A stretch of DNA of 64,000 bases from a virus: positions 1 through 64,000 of IMG/VR virus record IMGVR_UViG_3300038412_000061; one strand, given 5' to 3'. The notes below the pieces were generated by a model. That model saw only the letters and a program-made list of their open reading frames with translations. It did no database searches and was not told where the DNA came from. A program made the position numbers and the translations under genes. The first letter of the stretch is position 1. The number at the start of each line of letters is the position of its first letter. This document shows positions 22,612-33,025 of the stretch, in pieces.

Positions 22612-24198
22612 ATGGCTGTCTCATCATTGATGCGTAGGTTCGAAGAGATCGATGGTAACTCCTCATCATTCTCAATATCTGAAGGACGTAAGAAGGCAGA
22701 GCCAAGCCGCTCTGGGTTCGCAACCGGAGTGCCCATTGGCGGCTCTACCGAGTACAACTCTGGTGAGTCCGGCGCCGATGGTCCGATGGACAGAGTCTCG
22801 TTCATGGAGTCATTGCTGCAGGCTTACATGACTTGCACTTGGGCATCGGCTGCAGTTGACACCATTGCTCGCACAGCAACTGCTGGTGGCCTAGATGTGG
22901 TCCCAGTCAGCGGTGTCTACTCTGATCTTGAACAGGTCCCAGCTACCCCAGAGGTAAAGCGAGTCCAAGGTCTTCTCGATTATGTGAACCCTTCACAGGA
23001 CATACGACAGCTCATGCGAGGTGTTGTTACCGACCTTCTGGTTTACGGAGACTCGTTCACAGAGATCGTGTGGTCAAGTATGGGGGAGCCAGTAGCTCTC
23101 TATCCATTAGACCCTTCTACAATGACGGTCCTTGCCGACGAGCACGGGATTGTTAAGGGGTACTACCAGAGAACTGCCACGAATCGTGAGGCTTGGTTCA
23201 GACCAAAAGAGGTCATCCACGTTCAGTTCGATTCACCTGGCAACCCTCTGTATGGCGTGTCTCCTACACAAAAGGCCATCCTCCCTATCACTACGTGGCT
23301 TTTCGCCTCTGCTCTTTTGAAGGAAACCTACAAGCGCGGAGACCCGATGCGAGCTTGGGTTGACTGGCCCATCGCGTTGCCTGAGTCTGAAATGAAGAAG
23401 TTCCAACAGCAGTACCACATTCGTAACCTTGGGGTTAAGAACATCGGAAACCTGTTCGAGACCAAGGGTGGCGCACAGGTCAAAGAGCTTGGAACAAACC
23501 AAATTTCTTTCTGGCACCAAACATTGCAAGAGCGTCGTGACGAAATACTTTCTGCCTATGGCGTTCCTCCTTCCAAGGTCGGTGTTATCGAGGCGGGAAA
23601 CATCGGCGGTGGCACCGGAACGTCACAAGACAAAATGTTCCGTGTCAACACCGTTGGGCCTCTGCAGGAACTCGTCCTAGAGAAGTTCTCTTTCGCCCTC
23701 ATGTACCAAGCCTACAAGATCAAGGATTGGACACTCAAGTTCGGTGTTGTTGACTGGCGTGATGACGAGACTATTGAAAAGATTCGTGACCTGCGTTTGC
23801 GTAACGGTACATGGACCTTGAACAGATCTCGTTCTGACGTTGGTGAGCCGCCTACCGAGGGTGGTAACAAGCCTGTGTTGGTTGACCGTCAGAACATGGT
23901 TCTATGGGAAGACCTTGACGCGCTGTCTAAGGCTAACCTTGCTGCCGCTGTTGCTCAGTCAGAGCCTAACGACGGCACTGGTGCCAAGCCCCTGACATCT
24001 GGTGGACCTGGAGTTAACGCTACAAAGGGTCCTGACACGACGCCATCTACCGTCACCAAGCGGAAGCCGGGACAGTCTGCCACCTCAGGGAAATCCCCAA
24101 ATTCCCCCAGCGGGTCAGAATCATTTCAAGAGGAAGACGATGACCAAGATGACGGAATCTGGGAGTACGAAGACAACGGATCTAGAAACCTCATCTAA
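22612..24198 (+). CDS. Portal protein (HK97-type)
   Basis: DLLVYGDSF, LYPLDP, EVIH, YGVSP, AYGVPP; follows terminase. Confidence 0.93.
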   Translation: MAVSSLMRRFEEIDGNSSSFSISEGRKKAEPSRSGFATGVPIGGSTEYNSGESGADGPMDRVSFMESLLQAYMTCTWASAAVDTIARTATAGGLDVVPVSGVYSDLEQVPATPEVKRVQGLLDYVNPSQDIRQLMRGVVTDLLVYGDSFTEIVWSSMGEPVALYPLDPSTMTVLADEHGIVKGYYQRTATNREAWFRPKEVIHVQFDSPGNPLYGVSPTQKAILPITTWLFASALLKETYKRGDPMRAWVDWPIALPESEMKKFQQQYHIRNLGVKNIGNLFETKGGAQVKELGTNQISFWHQTLQERRDEILSAYGVPPSKVGVIEAGNIGGGTGTSQDKMFRVNTVGPLQELVLEKFSFALMYQAYKIKDWTLKFGVVDWRDDETIEKIRDLRLRNGTWTLNRSRSDVGEPPTEGGNKPVLVDRQNMVLWEDLDALSKANLAAAVAQSEPNDGTGAKPLTSGGPGVNATKGPDTTPSTVTKRKPGQSATSGKSPNSPSGSESFQEEDDDQDDGIWEYEDNGSRNLI

Positions 24199-24310
24199 CG
24201 ATGAGCCGATGGATGCGGAGTTAATGGGTTCCCCAATTGGGACTCCATACACATTCACTGGCCTGACCGCAGCCGCCGCGTCTGCACTTGTAAGCAAATC
24301 GGTTGGATAA
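24140..24310 (+). CDS. Small hypothetical protein
   Basis: 3' part of track ORF 24002..24310; start uncertain. Confidence 0.35.
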   Translation: MTKMTESGSTKTTDLETSSNDEPMDAELMGSPIGTPYTFTGLTAAAASALVSKSVG

Positions 24311-24312
24311 GA

Positions 24313-24744
24313 ATGGCCACTAGGGACTACGCGCAATTGCTTGCTGCAAGGGCAAAGATTCAGGAGAAGCGTCTCGTCAACAAAGATGCTAAAGCCACAA
24401 AGTCCCGTGCAGAGGTGAAGACTGGGTATGCCACTCTAGCCCAGAAGATCCGCAGAGCCGATGACCGCGCGATGCGCGATGGTTACATCAATGCTGCTAG
24501 GGGTCACATCATCGGTGGCAAGTGGCTTCACTACGACGCCAAGCGTCCTCCGCATCTTCGCAAGTCCACCGGAATCGCGGTACCCTTCTCTGCCGAGATT
24601 TCTCCCGGCAACTACATGATGCGCACTGAGTGGCGTAAAGCGCGTCACAGTAGCGGGTTCCACAAGATTCTAAAGCCACGAAAGCATCGCCTAAAGCGTC
24701 AGACCCATTGGCGTGTAAGCGGCCACTTCATAGTCCCCAAATAA
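24313..24744 (+). CDS. Highly basic hypothetical protein (possible internal virion protein)
   Basis: K/R/H-rich ORF between portal and protease. Confidence 0.7.
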   Translation: MATRDYAQLLAARAKIQEKRLVNKDAKATKSRAEVKTGYATLAQKIRRADDRAMRDGYINAARGHIIGGKWLHYDAKRPPHLRKSTGIAVPFSAEISPGNYMMRTEWRKARHSSGFHKILKPRKHRLKRQTHWRVSGHFIVPK

Positions 24745-24760
24745 CTCAAGGAGAACGCGC

Positions 24761-26512
24761 GTGACCAAATCCGCGACTACAGCCGCCGTCGTTAGTGGCA
24801 CCTTTCTCCGCCCAGGTATATCCAAGAATAAGCGTCTCTACACCAAAGAGAACATTGGTAAGGCTGTGGCGCGAATGAACGAAGCCATCGAGAGTCCTTC
24901 TGGGCTCCCGATCACAATGGCCACCAGCCACGCTGCCGCATACGGAGATGACGCTAACGCTACAGTTGGCCGCGTCACAAAGGTTATGCAGCGCCCTGAC
25001 GGTTCGGCCTACTTTGAAGCAGACATCGCCAACACCACTAATGGTCGAGATGTGGCTGTCGGCACTGTAGGCAAGTTCGTAAAGGGCATTTCGATCCGTG
25101 GTGGTTGGATGAGTCAGCCACGCTATGCAGAAGACGCAGAGTCGGGAGTGGTAACTGCCGATGATATGGCAGTTGTCGGGATCGACTTCACTTCACGCCC
25201 CGGCGTTGAAGGCGCACAGATCGAAAGTGCCAACTTTGTTGAGTCTTACGATGGCGGAATGTCATCAGTATTCTTCGAGTCCGTTGACGAGGCCGAGATC
25301 AAGGAGCTCTTCAATGAGGAGTCTCAAGAAGAAATCGACGGCAGACGCATTAGGGAGGCCGTTGAGACCGCCCTCAACATCGTCCTGGAAAAGGACAAGG
25401 AGCCTTACGGAGACGTTAAGTACGCCGACCCTGGGTATCAGAAGGACGGCAAGAAGCGCTACCCGATTAACACCGCCGCACACGTCCGCGCAGCATGGGC
25501 CTACATCAACGTAGCCTCGAATGCTTCTGCTTACAGCTCGGCACAGCTGAGCCGTATCAAGTCTCGTATCAAGAGTGCGGCAAAGAAGTTCGACATCTCT
25601 GTGACCGAAGAGTTCAACTCAATGGTTGACGACATCAAGACATTGATCGAAGATTACGCATCGATGAACATCTACAACGGGGCCGGAAGCGTAAGCATCT
25701 CTGGTTCCACTGATGACGCCGGAAAGCTCGTTGCAGTAGCGCAGCGTGTAGCCGCTTCCGCGATCATCGCCCTTAACGCTCTTGACCCCGACGCCGATGG
25801 AGACATTGATCTCGCTGGCGGAGACTCAAGTGACAGTGACAGTGAGAGTACGTCAGATTCTGGCGACAACTCCCAGTGTCTCCTATGTGACGGTCCCCTA
25901 GGGGACGGAAACCTGTATTGCCCCACTTGTGGAGCACCCGTACCATCGGCTGAGTCAAACGACGAAGCCCTTATCCAGACCAACAAGGAGGAAGCCATGA
26001 CGGCTCCCATCGAAAAGACCGCCGAAGAGTTGGCTGCGGAGAGTGCTGCCACTGAGTCAGTCGCTACCGCTGCTGCCCCCAAGGCAGAAGACATCAACAA
26101 GATCGTTGCAGAGGCTGTTGCCGCTGCACTAGCAGCCGAGAAGGCTGCCGTGGCTGAAGCCGCTGCTACTGAAGCCGCTGCAGCTGCCGCTGCCGCCGCT
26201 ACCGTGGCGGAGGCCGCTGCACCGCAGACGTTCACTCTAGAAGAGGCTATCGCCATGGCGACTGCTGCTTCGAAGACCGCTGTTACCGAGGCTCAGGCAG
26301 CTGCCAGAGCCGAGTACGAAGCCGCTCCTACTCGCAAGGGTATGTCCGGTTCCAGCAACGGAATCACCCTCACTCGTGACGACACGCTCGAAGAGTCGGA
26401 GCTAGCCAAGCTAGACGCGACAACCTTCCGTCGAGTTGCTGGTGCGGCTTGGAGCCTCCAGCCCAACTGGAACAGAAAACTAGCCGCTGCTGACGCCGCG
26501 AACGGTTACTAG
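24761..26512 (+). CDS. Prohead protease fused to a DUF6582-like domain, Zn ribbon and Ala-rich scaffold
   Basis: PGISKNKRLY, SH, GISIRG, IDFTSRPGV; YADPGYQ..KKRYPI..AHVRAAWAYIN; position before capsid. Confidence 0.85.
   Translation: MTKSATTAAVVSGTFLRPGISKNKRLYTKENIGKAVARMNEAIESPSGLPITMATSHAAAYGDDANATVGRVTKVMQRPDGSAYFEADIANTTNGRDVAVGTVGKFVKGISIRGGWMSQPRYAEDAESGVVTADDMAVVGIDFTSRPGVEGAQIESANFVESYDGGMSSVFFESVDEAEIKELFNEESQEEIDGRRIREAVETALNIVLEKDKEPYGDVKYADPGYQKDGKKRYPINTAAHVRAAWAYINVASNASAYSSAQLSRIKSRIKSAAKKFDISVTEEFNSMVDDIKTLIEDYASMNIYNGAGSVSISGSTDDAGKLVAVAQRVAASAIIALNALDPDADGDIDLAGGDSSDSDSESTSDSGDNSQCLLCDGPLGDGNLYCPTCGAPVPSAESNDEALIQTNKEEAMTAPIEKTAEELAAESAATESVATAAAPKAEDINKIVAEAVAAALAAEKAAVAEAAATEAAAAAAAAATVAEAAAPQTFTLEEAIAMATAASKTAVTEAQAAARAEYEAAPTRKGMSGSSNGITLTRDDTLEESELAKLDATTFRRVAGAAWSLQPNWNRKLAAADAANGY
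25997..26512 (+). CDS. Nested in-frame scaffolding protein
   Basis: AAGGAGG RBS 5 nt before in-frame ATG25997; A/E-rich helical sequence. Confidence 0.7.
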   Translation: MTAPIEKTAEELAAESAATESVATAAAPKAEDINKIVAEAVAAALAAEKAAVAEAAATEAAAAAAAAATVAEAAAPQTFTLEEAIAMATAASKTAVTEAQAAARAEYEAAPTRKGMSGSSNGITLTRDDTLEESELAKLDATTFRRVAGAAWSLQPNWNRKLAAADAANGY

Positions 26513-26553
26513 AAGTACTCGATCCTAACAATTTCTAACAAGGATAGCCTATA

Positions 26554-28068
26554 ATGACTACTGAACTACAAGAAGCCTTAACAGCCGCAGGCGCAGCCGC
26601 CCTCGTTGCTAAGCAAATCGACCCCGTATTGCTTGAGTACCAGCGCCGTTACGCGCCGTTGGTCCGTGCACTGCCTTCCGAGAAGTGGGACTCAACGGTC
26701 TACTACTTCAACAAGCGTACCGTTCTACCTAACGGTGGTTTCGTGACTGACGGTGGCGCACGCCCTGTCACCACTTCGACCTACGTGCAGGAGAACTTCC
26801 AGATGAAGCAGCTCCAGAGCGTTGGTGCTGTCACTGGTTACGCCCAGGCTGTTACATCCAAGACCATCGGTGACATCCGTGCCGCCGAAATCGAGGGTGC
26901 GGCGACTGGACTGTACTGGGACATCGAGACGGCCCTCCTTTGGGGTGCCGCTGCGCCTACCGTCAATGGAGCTGCTCCGCAGTTCGACGGTCTTGACGTA
27001 ATCTGCTCGTCGTTCTCTTCTTCTTCTTCCGGTGGTCCCAACCAGGGCGTCGGCGGTGGTGGAATCGACAACTACGGTGGTGCCACCACCTGGGGTGCGC
27101 CTACATTCAGCCCTTGGGTTGACAGCATCGACCAGAACGTTATCGATGGTGGCGGAAGCTACTTGTCGTACGGTCTGATGGACCTGTCAATCGACTTGGT
27201 TGAGCAGAACGCTGCACAGCCTATCATGGGCGACCAGTGGATGTTCGTTGCTTCGCCTACGGCAATAGCGCGTCTTGCACAGCTGTCGCTGATCAACCAG
27301 CGCTTCGTGAGCACGATGGAAATCTCTCCCGGACTCGTTTGTGACACCTACAAGGGTATCCCTCTTGTCAAGTCAACATTCCTGTCTGCCCGTAGCAATG
27401 TCATGGGAACGGTCGTGGCAACTGCCGCAGGTACCGGTACCCTGACGGGTGCGCACTACTACCAGATCGCCCCGGTGATCTCCCGCTTCGGTGAGATCCA
27501 GCCTTCTGCTGAGTCAACTGCCAGCCCTACGGCGACTGCAATCACGCTGACGTTCTCGACGCCTACTGGCCCCGACGCGGCGCAGCCTACGCACTACAAG
27601 GTTTACCGTAGCACGTCTACTGGTACCGAGACGTTGCTTGGCTACGTGGACGCGACCTTCCTGGACTCTTCTGGCGTACAGTGGAACACCACAAAGATCG
27701 TTGACACGGGTTCTACACTCGTTGCTTACAACGGCACCAACGTCCAGGCCTCGCCGCCTGCCACGTACGTGTACACCAACTCGGGTCTTAAGCCGCTTGC
27801 GGCTGGGGTAGAGAACATCTACTTGATCTCTCGTGATGCCAACAACATCGTTCGTCCTTACGTCCGCGAGATGCGTACGCTGGACCTGTACCCGACCACT
27901 TCATCGCCTGACAGCTTGCCGTTCGCCTTCGTGACGGACTGCACCCTGGCTGTTCGCGCCACCAAGTGGATTGGCCGTATCGCCAACGTCATTTGCGCCC
28001 TGGACAAGACTGCTGGAGCGGGCTACAACCCAACCCAGGCTTGGTCGCCCAGCTACGTAACTGTCTAG
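26554..28068 (+). CDS. Major capsid protein with inserted Ig/FN3-like domain
   Basis: Position; ETALLWG, QFDGLD, TYKGIPLV; insertion YYQIAPV...HYKVYRST. Confidence 0.9.
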   Translation: MTTELQEALTAAGAAALVAKQIDPVLLEYQRRYAPLVRALPSEKWDSTVYYFNKRTVLPNGGFVTDGGARPVTTSTYVQENFQMKQLQSVGAVTGYAQAVTSKTIGDIRAAEIEGAATGLYWDIETALLWGAAAPTVNGAAPQFDGLDVICSSFSSSSSGGPNQGVGGGGIDNYGGATTWGAPTFSPWVDSIDQNVIDGGGSYLSYGLMDLSIDLVEQNAAQPIMGDQWMFVASPTAIARLAQLSLINQRFVSTMEISPGLVCDTYKGIPLVKSTFLSARSNVMGTVVATAAGTGTLTGAHYYQIAPVISRFGEIQPSAESTASPTATAITLTFSTPTGPDAAQPTHYKVYRSTSTGTETLLGYVDATFLDSSGVQWNTTKIVDTGSTLVAYNGTNVQASPPATYVYTNSGLKPLAAGVENIYLISRDANNIVRPYVREMRTLDLYPTTSSPDSLPFAFVTDCTLAVRATKWIGRIANVICALDKTAGAGYNPTQAWSPSYVTV

Positions 28069-28084
28069 TAGGCATTCACATTCT

Positions 28085-28133
28085 AAAGCTGGCGGAGGGT
28101 CACCCATTCCTCCACCCTCCGCCAGCTTTGGTT
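28085..28133 (+). terminator. Terminator after capsid gene
   Basis: AAAGCTGGCGGAGGGT...ACCCTCCGCCAGCTTT perfect 16-bp stem. Confidence 0.85.
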
Positions 28134-28153
28134 TAGACACGAAAGAGGAATAA

Positions 28154-28465
28154 ATGTCTCAAACTGTACTTTTGGCCAAAGAGATCCCTGGTGGGGTTGC
28201 TGGCCTTGAATGGACTGTAGGCGGCGAAGACGGCGCCATTGAAGTAAACGCTGCTTACGCAGAACACCTGATGCTCATCCCCGAAAGCGACTTCTTTATT
28301 GTAGCGCGAGGTGATGAGAGTGAGAAGCCAGCAGAAAAGGTGACGAAGAAGGCTGTGGAGAAGAAGGCCAAGGCCACGGAATCCGCTCCCCTCACCGACA
28401 CTGAAGATGATTTGACGGCGGCTCTGAAGGTTGCCAGCAGCACCTCGGTAACAGCCAAGGAATAG
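28154..28465 (+). CDS. Hypothetical virion-associated protein
   Basis: RBS; position. Confidence 0.75.
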   Translation: MSQTVLLAKEIPGGVAGLEWTVGGEDGAIEVNAAYAEHLMLIPESDFFIVARGDESEKPAEKVTKKAVEKKAKATESAPLTDTEDDLTAALKVASSTSVTAKE

Positions 28466-28472
28466 GTAAACA

Positions 28473-29141
28473 ATGGCCACAGTTCAGGCTACTTTGGCCA
28501 CTGTAGAACAGCTGCAGACTCGCTACCCGGAGATAGTTAGGGACATTGACCCTCAGGTTCTCCAGGAAACCCTCGAAGAGGCAACACGCCACATCGAGAG
28601 TCGCGTGGGTCGCAGGCTTGCACCATTTGTAGGTCACGTTTACCAAGACAGACTCTTTGGGATTGACCCAGACGAATTTGGTGCAGACGCCAACACCCCC
28701 CTCAGCTGGGGAGGTTCCCTTGGTAGGAGCCAAGCTCAAGCGTATGGAGCTGACACCCTTGTACGCCACCTTTGGCTAGACCAATTCGCTCCGTTGTATC
28801 CAGAGCTCTGGACGTACAACGTTCAATCAATGCAGATTTACCGATCATTCGGTGACACGCAGCCCATCATGTTTAACGATGGTGGAATCCTGGGACCAGA
28901 CTCAACTGATGGACACGTTTGGTTTCGACTTGGGACCTTCATCCCCGAAGGAACCCGTATACAAGTGATCTATGATGGTGGCTACACCGTCAGCATCCCG
29001 TCCGACCTTCGCCGCGCCTGCTTGTACCAGGCCATCAAGTTCGTGATTCTTGACATCGAACCTCAGTTGAGAAAGGACCTGAACTTGACTGAGATCGATC
29101 AAGAGATCAGTCTTATTTTGGGCGGTTGGGTAAGGGGCTAG
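28473..29141 (+). CDS. Head-tail adaptor
   Basis: EEATRHIESRVGR...IQVIYDGGY..IPSDLRRAC. Confidence 0.8.
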   Translation: MATVQATLATVEQLQTRYPEIVRDIDPQVLQETLEEATRHIESRVGRRLAPFVGHVYQDRLFGIDPDEFGADANTPLSWGGSLGRSQAQAYGADTLVRHLWLDQFAPLYPELWTYNVQSMQIYRSFGDTQPIMFNDGGILGPDSTDGHVWFRLGTFIPEGTRIQVIYDGGYTVSIPSDLRRACLYQAIKFVILDIEPQLRKDLNLTEIDQEISLILGGWVRG

Positions 29142-29142
29142 A

Positions 29143-30015
29143 ATGGCCAGGGCAACTGGTGGCGTCTACACAGACGGCCTAGACCAACTCATTGCAAAGT
29201 TTGGTTTAGTGCGCGAGCGCGTACTTGAGCCAGGTCCTGTCCTTCAGGATATAGCATTACTCTTCGAAACCATGGAGGCCCAGGTCTTTGCGGGCCAGGG
29301 AAGCGCTCCTGAGTTCGGTATCACTACCCAGTGGAAGCCATGGAGCGAGGCCACTGTCAAACGCCACAGGTATGCAAACTCTGGAGGCCAAGGTGCCAGC
29401 ACTCTCGTAGCGTTCGGATACCTTCGTGCAGCAGCAATCAATCCGAAGTACGGATCGATAGACCTGTATGCAAAGCAGATGACCCTGGATATTGACCCTC
29501 ACAACAAAGGGTACACCCGTGGGCAAGCCAACTATGCGGCTATCAACAACCTCACGAGGCCCTTCGTTCAGATAAGCCCTACCTTTAGGGCGATGGCAAA
29601 CGAAATAGCTGCGAACTACATTCTTGAACCCTTAAAGAAGGGGAATGCTATCCCTGTCAAGTACGGGAAGCAAAGCCCACCAACAGTTCGTGGTGGTTAC
29701 AGGGCAAGTGACCATAGGCACCAGCGTAGTTTCACTGATGTGAGTCGTGCGGCGAACCCAAAGGATTACGCCAACTTCCGTCACATGCAGACAAATGGAA
29801 CATACCTGGACCATCGTACTACGGCATCACGAAATCTTCAGCAAGAATACAATGCGGTCATGGCCGGAGATGTTTCCAAGTTCGCCAGCACAGCAGCGTA
29901 CAACGCAGCAGCCAAGAACGTTGCTAGATTTCACGTTTCTCATTTCAACTCTGTGACCACAGGTGGCCTATCACAGTCGTACTTCATAAAGGCTAACAAC
30001 TCTGTAGGAGGGTAG
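29143..30015 (+). CDS. Neck / virion morphogenesis protein
   Basis: WKPWSEATVKR..TLVAFGYLR..YAAI..RPF; position. Confidence 0.65.
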   Translation: MARATGGVYTDGLDQLIAKFGLVRERVLEPGPVLQDIALLFETMEAQVFAGQGSAPEFGITTQWKPWSEATVKRHRYANSGGQGASTLVAFGYLRAAAINPKYGSIDLYAKQMTLDIDPHNKGYTRGQANYAAINNLTRPFVQISPTFRAMANEIAANYILEPLKKGNAIPVKYGKQSPPTVRGGYRASDHRHQRSFTDVSRAANPKDYANFRHMQTNGTYLDHRTTASRNLQQEYNAVMAGDVSKFASTAAYNAAAKNVARFHVSHFNSVTTGGLSQSYFIKANNSVGG

Positions 30016-30017
30016 GA

Positions 30018-30698
30018 ATGGCATCTGATCCAGTAAGCCCTTGGTGGTATGATTGGAATCTGAGCTATGCCGACAGTGCCATGGGTCCTATGTACGGTGG
30101 TGGCTCTGTTCAAGAGGCATTCTACCAGACCCTTCAAAAATGGTTTCCCACCTATGTTGCGGAGATGAACCGCAAGATAGGCTCAGAGGTACTCACGGCT
30201 TCTCCAGAATATCGGTTGGAGCCCAACTATCGAACATTGAGCAAGGACGTTGTCGCAAGCATCCTCGTTAATGTCCCCCACACAGTGGGAAAGCCAGAGA
30301 CGTTCACGAAGGGCGTTCGAGCCCAGTGGCAAGTCAACGTCATGGTATTCGTATACGGCTCGAAAGACTGGCAAGAGACCCAGGCTCTTACGTATGCGTA
30401 TGCAACTTGCGTTCGTGCACTGATTCTCCAGCAGCGTGGTCTTGGCGGCCTTGCCTCCACAACAACGTGGGACGGCGATGAGTACTTGGAGGGTGAGCAC
30501 ACCTCTGGTCGAACCACGGGCATCGCTCACATAACCTTCACGGTCACTGTAGAGAACGTAGGAGAGCCATTCGGCGGACCTCCTACTGCTCAGTTCTCGC
30601 CACCTGGTTCTATCACCGGCCCTACACTGCAGCCATTGCTCGAACAGCCGAGTGTGTCCGCATCAAACATAACTATCACACAGGAAAGTCTACCATAA
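30018..30698 (+). CDS. Tail terminator-like protein
   Basis: Position upstream of sheath; size. Confidence 0.6.
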   Translation: MASDPVSPWWYDWNLSYADSAMGPMYGGGSVQEAFYQTLQKWFPTYVAEMNRKIGSEVLTASPEYRLEPNYRTLSKDVVASILVNVPHTVGKPETFTKGVRAQWQVNVMVFVYGSKDWQETQALTYAYATCVRALILQQRGLGGLASTTTWDGDEYLEGEHTSGRTTGIAHITFTVTVENVGEPFGGPPTAQFSPPGSITGPTLQPLLEQPSVSASNITITQESLP

Positions 30699-30952
30699 TG
30701 GCAATAATCAAAATCCATGTCAGTGGACCCCACCCAATTTTTGACGGCGACGGAAAGTCAATGTCCCCAGGTTTTGAGTACTCCGTAAAAGATACTCCCC
30801 TCATTCAGAATTACGCTTCAGAGGGACGCGTACTAATCCTAGAGCCTGAGAAGGACTCTTCGGACAAGACCGATAAGAAGCTCAACACAAAAACTTTAAC
30901 AGACCAGACCGCTGGTTCTGACAAGACCTTCGAGGAGAACTCTAATGGCTAA
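30698..30952 (+). CDS. Small hypothetical protein upstream of sheath
   Basis: Overlapping start and stop. Confidence 0.7.
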   Translation: MAIIKIHVSGPHPIFDGDGKSMSPGFEYSVKDTPLIQNYASEGRVLILEPEKDSSDKTDKKLNTKTLTDQTAGSDKTFEENSNG

Positions 30953-32495
30953 CCAAGCCCCAGGCGTTACTATCAATGTTTCTGCTTCTGCTACGACTCC
31001 CGCCAACCCAACTTCCACCAGCAACTGGTTTGTGGCAGGAATGGCCGCTGGACCCGCTGGAGTAGCAGTTCCTATCAAGTCAATGAGCGACTTCAACAAC
31101 TACTTCGGTCAGATCATTTCTGGAGGCCTTACGGGTCGCTACACGCTCAACGCTAACGTTGATTCAACGCTGCTTTACGACTCGCTGGACGTGTTCTTCC
31201 GTGAGGGTGGATCTGCTGCGTGGGTTTCTCGTGTGCAGCCAACTTCAACCGGTGTTGCGGCAACCTCCACGACAACTGGTGGACTGTTTCTTCTGACGGC
31301 AACCGGTAAGGGTACCTGGGCAAACTCCTCAAGCTCAAGCGCCGCTGGACTAATCCTGACCATCACCGCGTCAACCGTGAACTCTGCAACCGTGTATGCG
31401 ACTTCGATAGCTTACAACGGCGTTGTTCTTGCTACGGCTGTTGGTCTTGGCTCAAACGCCGACATCATCAACTGGGTAAACTCACTTCCTGCCTACCAGT
31501 CTATGTGCACTGCCTCATCGCAGTCTGGTACCACCGTCCTTCCTGCATCCGGTTCTTCGGTTTCCGTCTACATGACGGGTGGAACTGACGTTGCTGTTGC
31601 GGACGCAGACACTCCGGCTGCTCTTGCTGTCTTCACCGACATCCTGGGTCCTGGACAGGTTTCGTTCCCCGGCAACACCTCGGTGACGACGCAGGGCTAC
31701 CTGGCAAACCACGCTCTTGCGTTCAACCGTGTTGCGCTTCTGGACGCTCAGAACACTCCGACTGCTGCCACAATCGTCACACAGGCAAGCACTGTTCAGT
31801 CTGCCGTGACAGACCCGTCATACGCAGCTATGTTCGCGCCATGGGTCATCGTTCCAGGTCTGGTGAACACCAACCCTGCAGTTCCAACAAGCACCGTGTT
31901 CAACCGTACTGTGCCGCCAGTAGCGCTAGCCGCTGCTTTGATGGCCCGCAACGATGCGCACAACGATGCCAATGTACCTGCTTCTGGTACCACTGCTGGT
32001 CTTTCGACTTACTCAACCGCAGTATCACAGACCTACAGCGCCTCCGACCGTGGCAACCTCAACTCTGCTGGAGTCAATGTTATCCGACTGGTCCCGAACA
32101 TCAATGTAATCGCAATGTACGGCAACCGTAGTCTTTCGTTCGCTCCTGCATTCCAGGGCCTTAACAACGTCCGATTCCGTATGCAGATCACGCGCGACCT
32201 CGACTCAATCGGTGAGTCGTTCGTCTTCGATGAGATCGACGGAAAGGGCCAGCTGTTCAGCTTCTTCAATGGAGCCATAACCGGCCAGCTGAATGACTAC
32301 TGGTCACGCGGCTCCCTATACGGGCTGAGCGCCGATGAGGCATTCTTCGTGGACACTGGTGAGTCTGTCAACACGCCAAGCACGATTGCCAACGGACAGA
32401 TCATCGCCAGCGTTGGCGTGAAGATGTCTCCGCAGGCAGAATTCGTAACAATCAACATCACCAAGTACTCGGTTGCTGCCAACCTTCCGGCTTAA
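30945..32495 (+). CDS. Tail sheath protein
   Basis: PGVTI, FFREGG, RVALLD, YAAMFAPW, LNSAGVNVI, YGNRSL, PQAEFV. Confidence 0.95.
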   Translation: MANQAPGVTINVSASATTPANPTSTSNWFVAGMAAGPAGVAVPIKSMSDFNNYFGQIISGGLTGRYTLNANVDSTLLYDSLDVFFREGGSAAWVSRVQPTSTGVAATSTTTGGLFLLTATGKGTWANSSSSSAAGLILTITASTVNSATVYATSIAYNGVVLATAVGLGSNADIINWVNSLPAYQSMCTASSQSGTTVLPASGSSVSVYMTGGTDVAVADADTPAALAVFTDILGPGQVSFPGNTSVTTQGYLANHALAFNRVALLDAQNTPTAATIVTQASTVQSAVTDPSYAAMFAPWVIVPGLVNTNPAVPTSTVFNRTVPPVALAAALMARNDAHNDANVPASGTTAGLSTYSTAVSQTYSASDRGNLNSAGVNVIRLVPNINVIAMYGNRSLSFAPAFQGLNNVRFRMQITRDLDSIGESFVFDEIDGKGQLFSFFNGAITGQLNDYWSRGSLYGLSADEAFFVDTGESVNTPSTIANGQIIASVGVKMSPQAEFVTINITKYSVAANLPA

Positions 32496-32535
32496 TCGAT
32501 CCCAACAACACTTTCTAAATTCATAGGAGAATTCA

Positions 32536-32997
32536 ATGGCTGATAACCTATTCAGTGCTTACGGATCTGAGCAGCAGTGGATTCCACATCTTACGGTGAT
32601 CTCGCCGTTCAAGACTGGTATCACGGCAGGCAAGACCTACAAAGTACAGTTCGACAAGTTCTCAGGTGGCGACGTTACAGCGAACCCGCCTAAGCACCGC
32701 CCTTCTGGCATGGGAGACGAAATCTCGTACGCCGCACTTCCTGTCTACTCTGACGTTATGGTGACAAAGGCGTTCGAACAGGCTGACCTAGCAACACAGA
32801 CGGCATTGCGCCTTCTCGCTGGGCGAGCTCAAGCAATCGTCACACTTGTACCTCTCGATGACACTGGTGTCGCGTGGGGCAACAACCGTGTGTACACAGG
32901 CCGACTTGCTGTAGTCAAGGACGGAGTCACGGACTCGAATTCGAGCGCTGTTCGAACTTGGGACGTTTCTATCTCAGTGGAAACCATCAGCGGTTAA
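32536..32997 (+). CDS. Tail tube protein
   Basis: 153 aa directly after sheath; FDKFSGG. Confidence 0.8.
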   Translation: MADNLFSAYGSEQQWIPHLTVISPFKTGITAGKTYKVQFDKFSGGDVTANPPKHRPSGMGDEISYAALPVYSDVMVTKAFEQADLATQTALRLLAGRAQAIVTLVPLDDTGVAWGNNRVYTGRLAVVKDGVTDSNSSAVRTWDVSISVETISG

Positions 32998-33025
32998 TCC
33001 ACAAACCTAAAACCATTGGAGGAAT

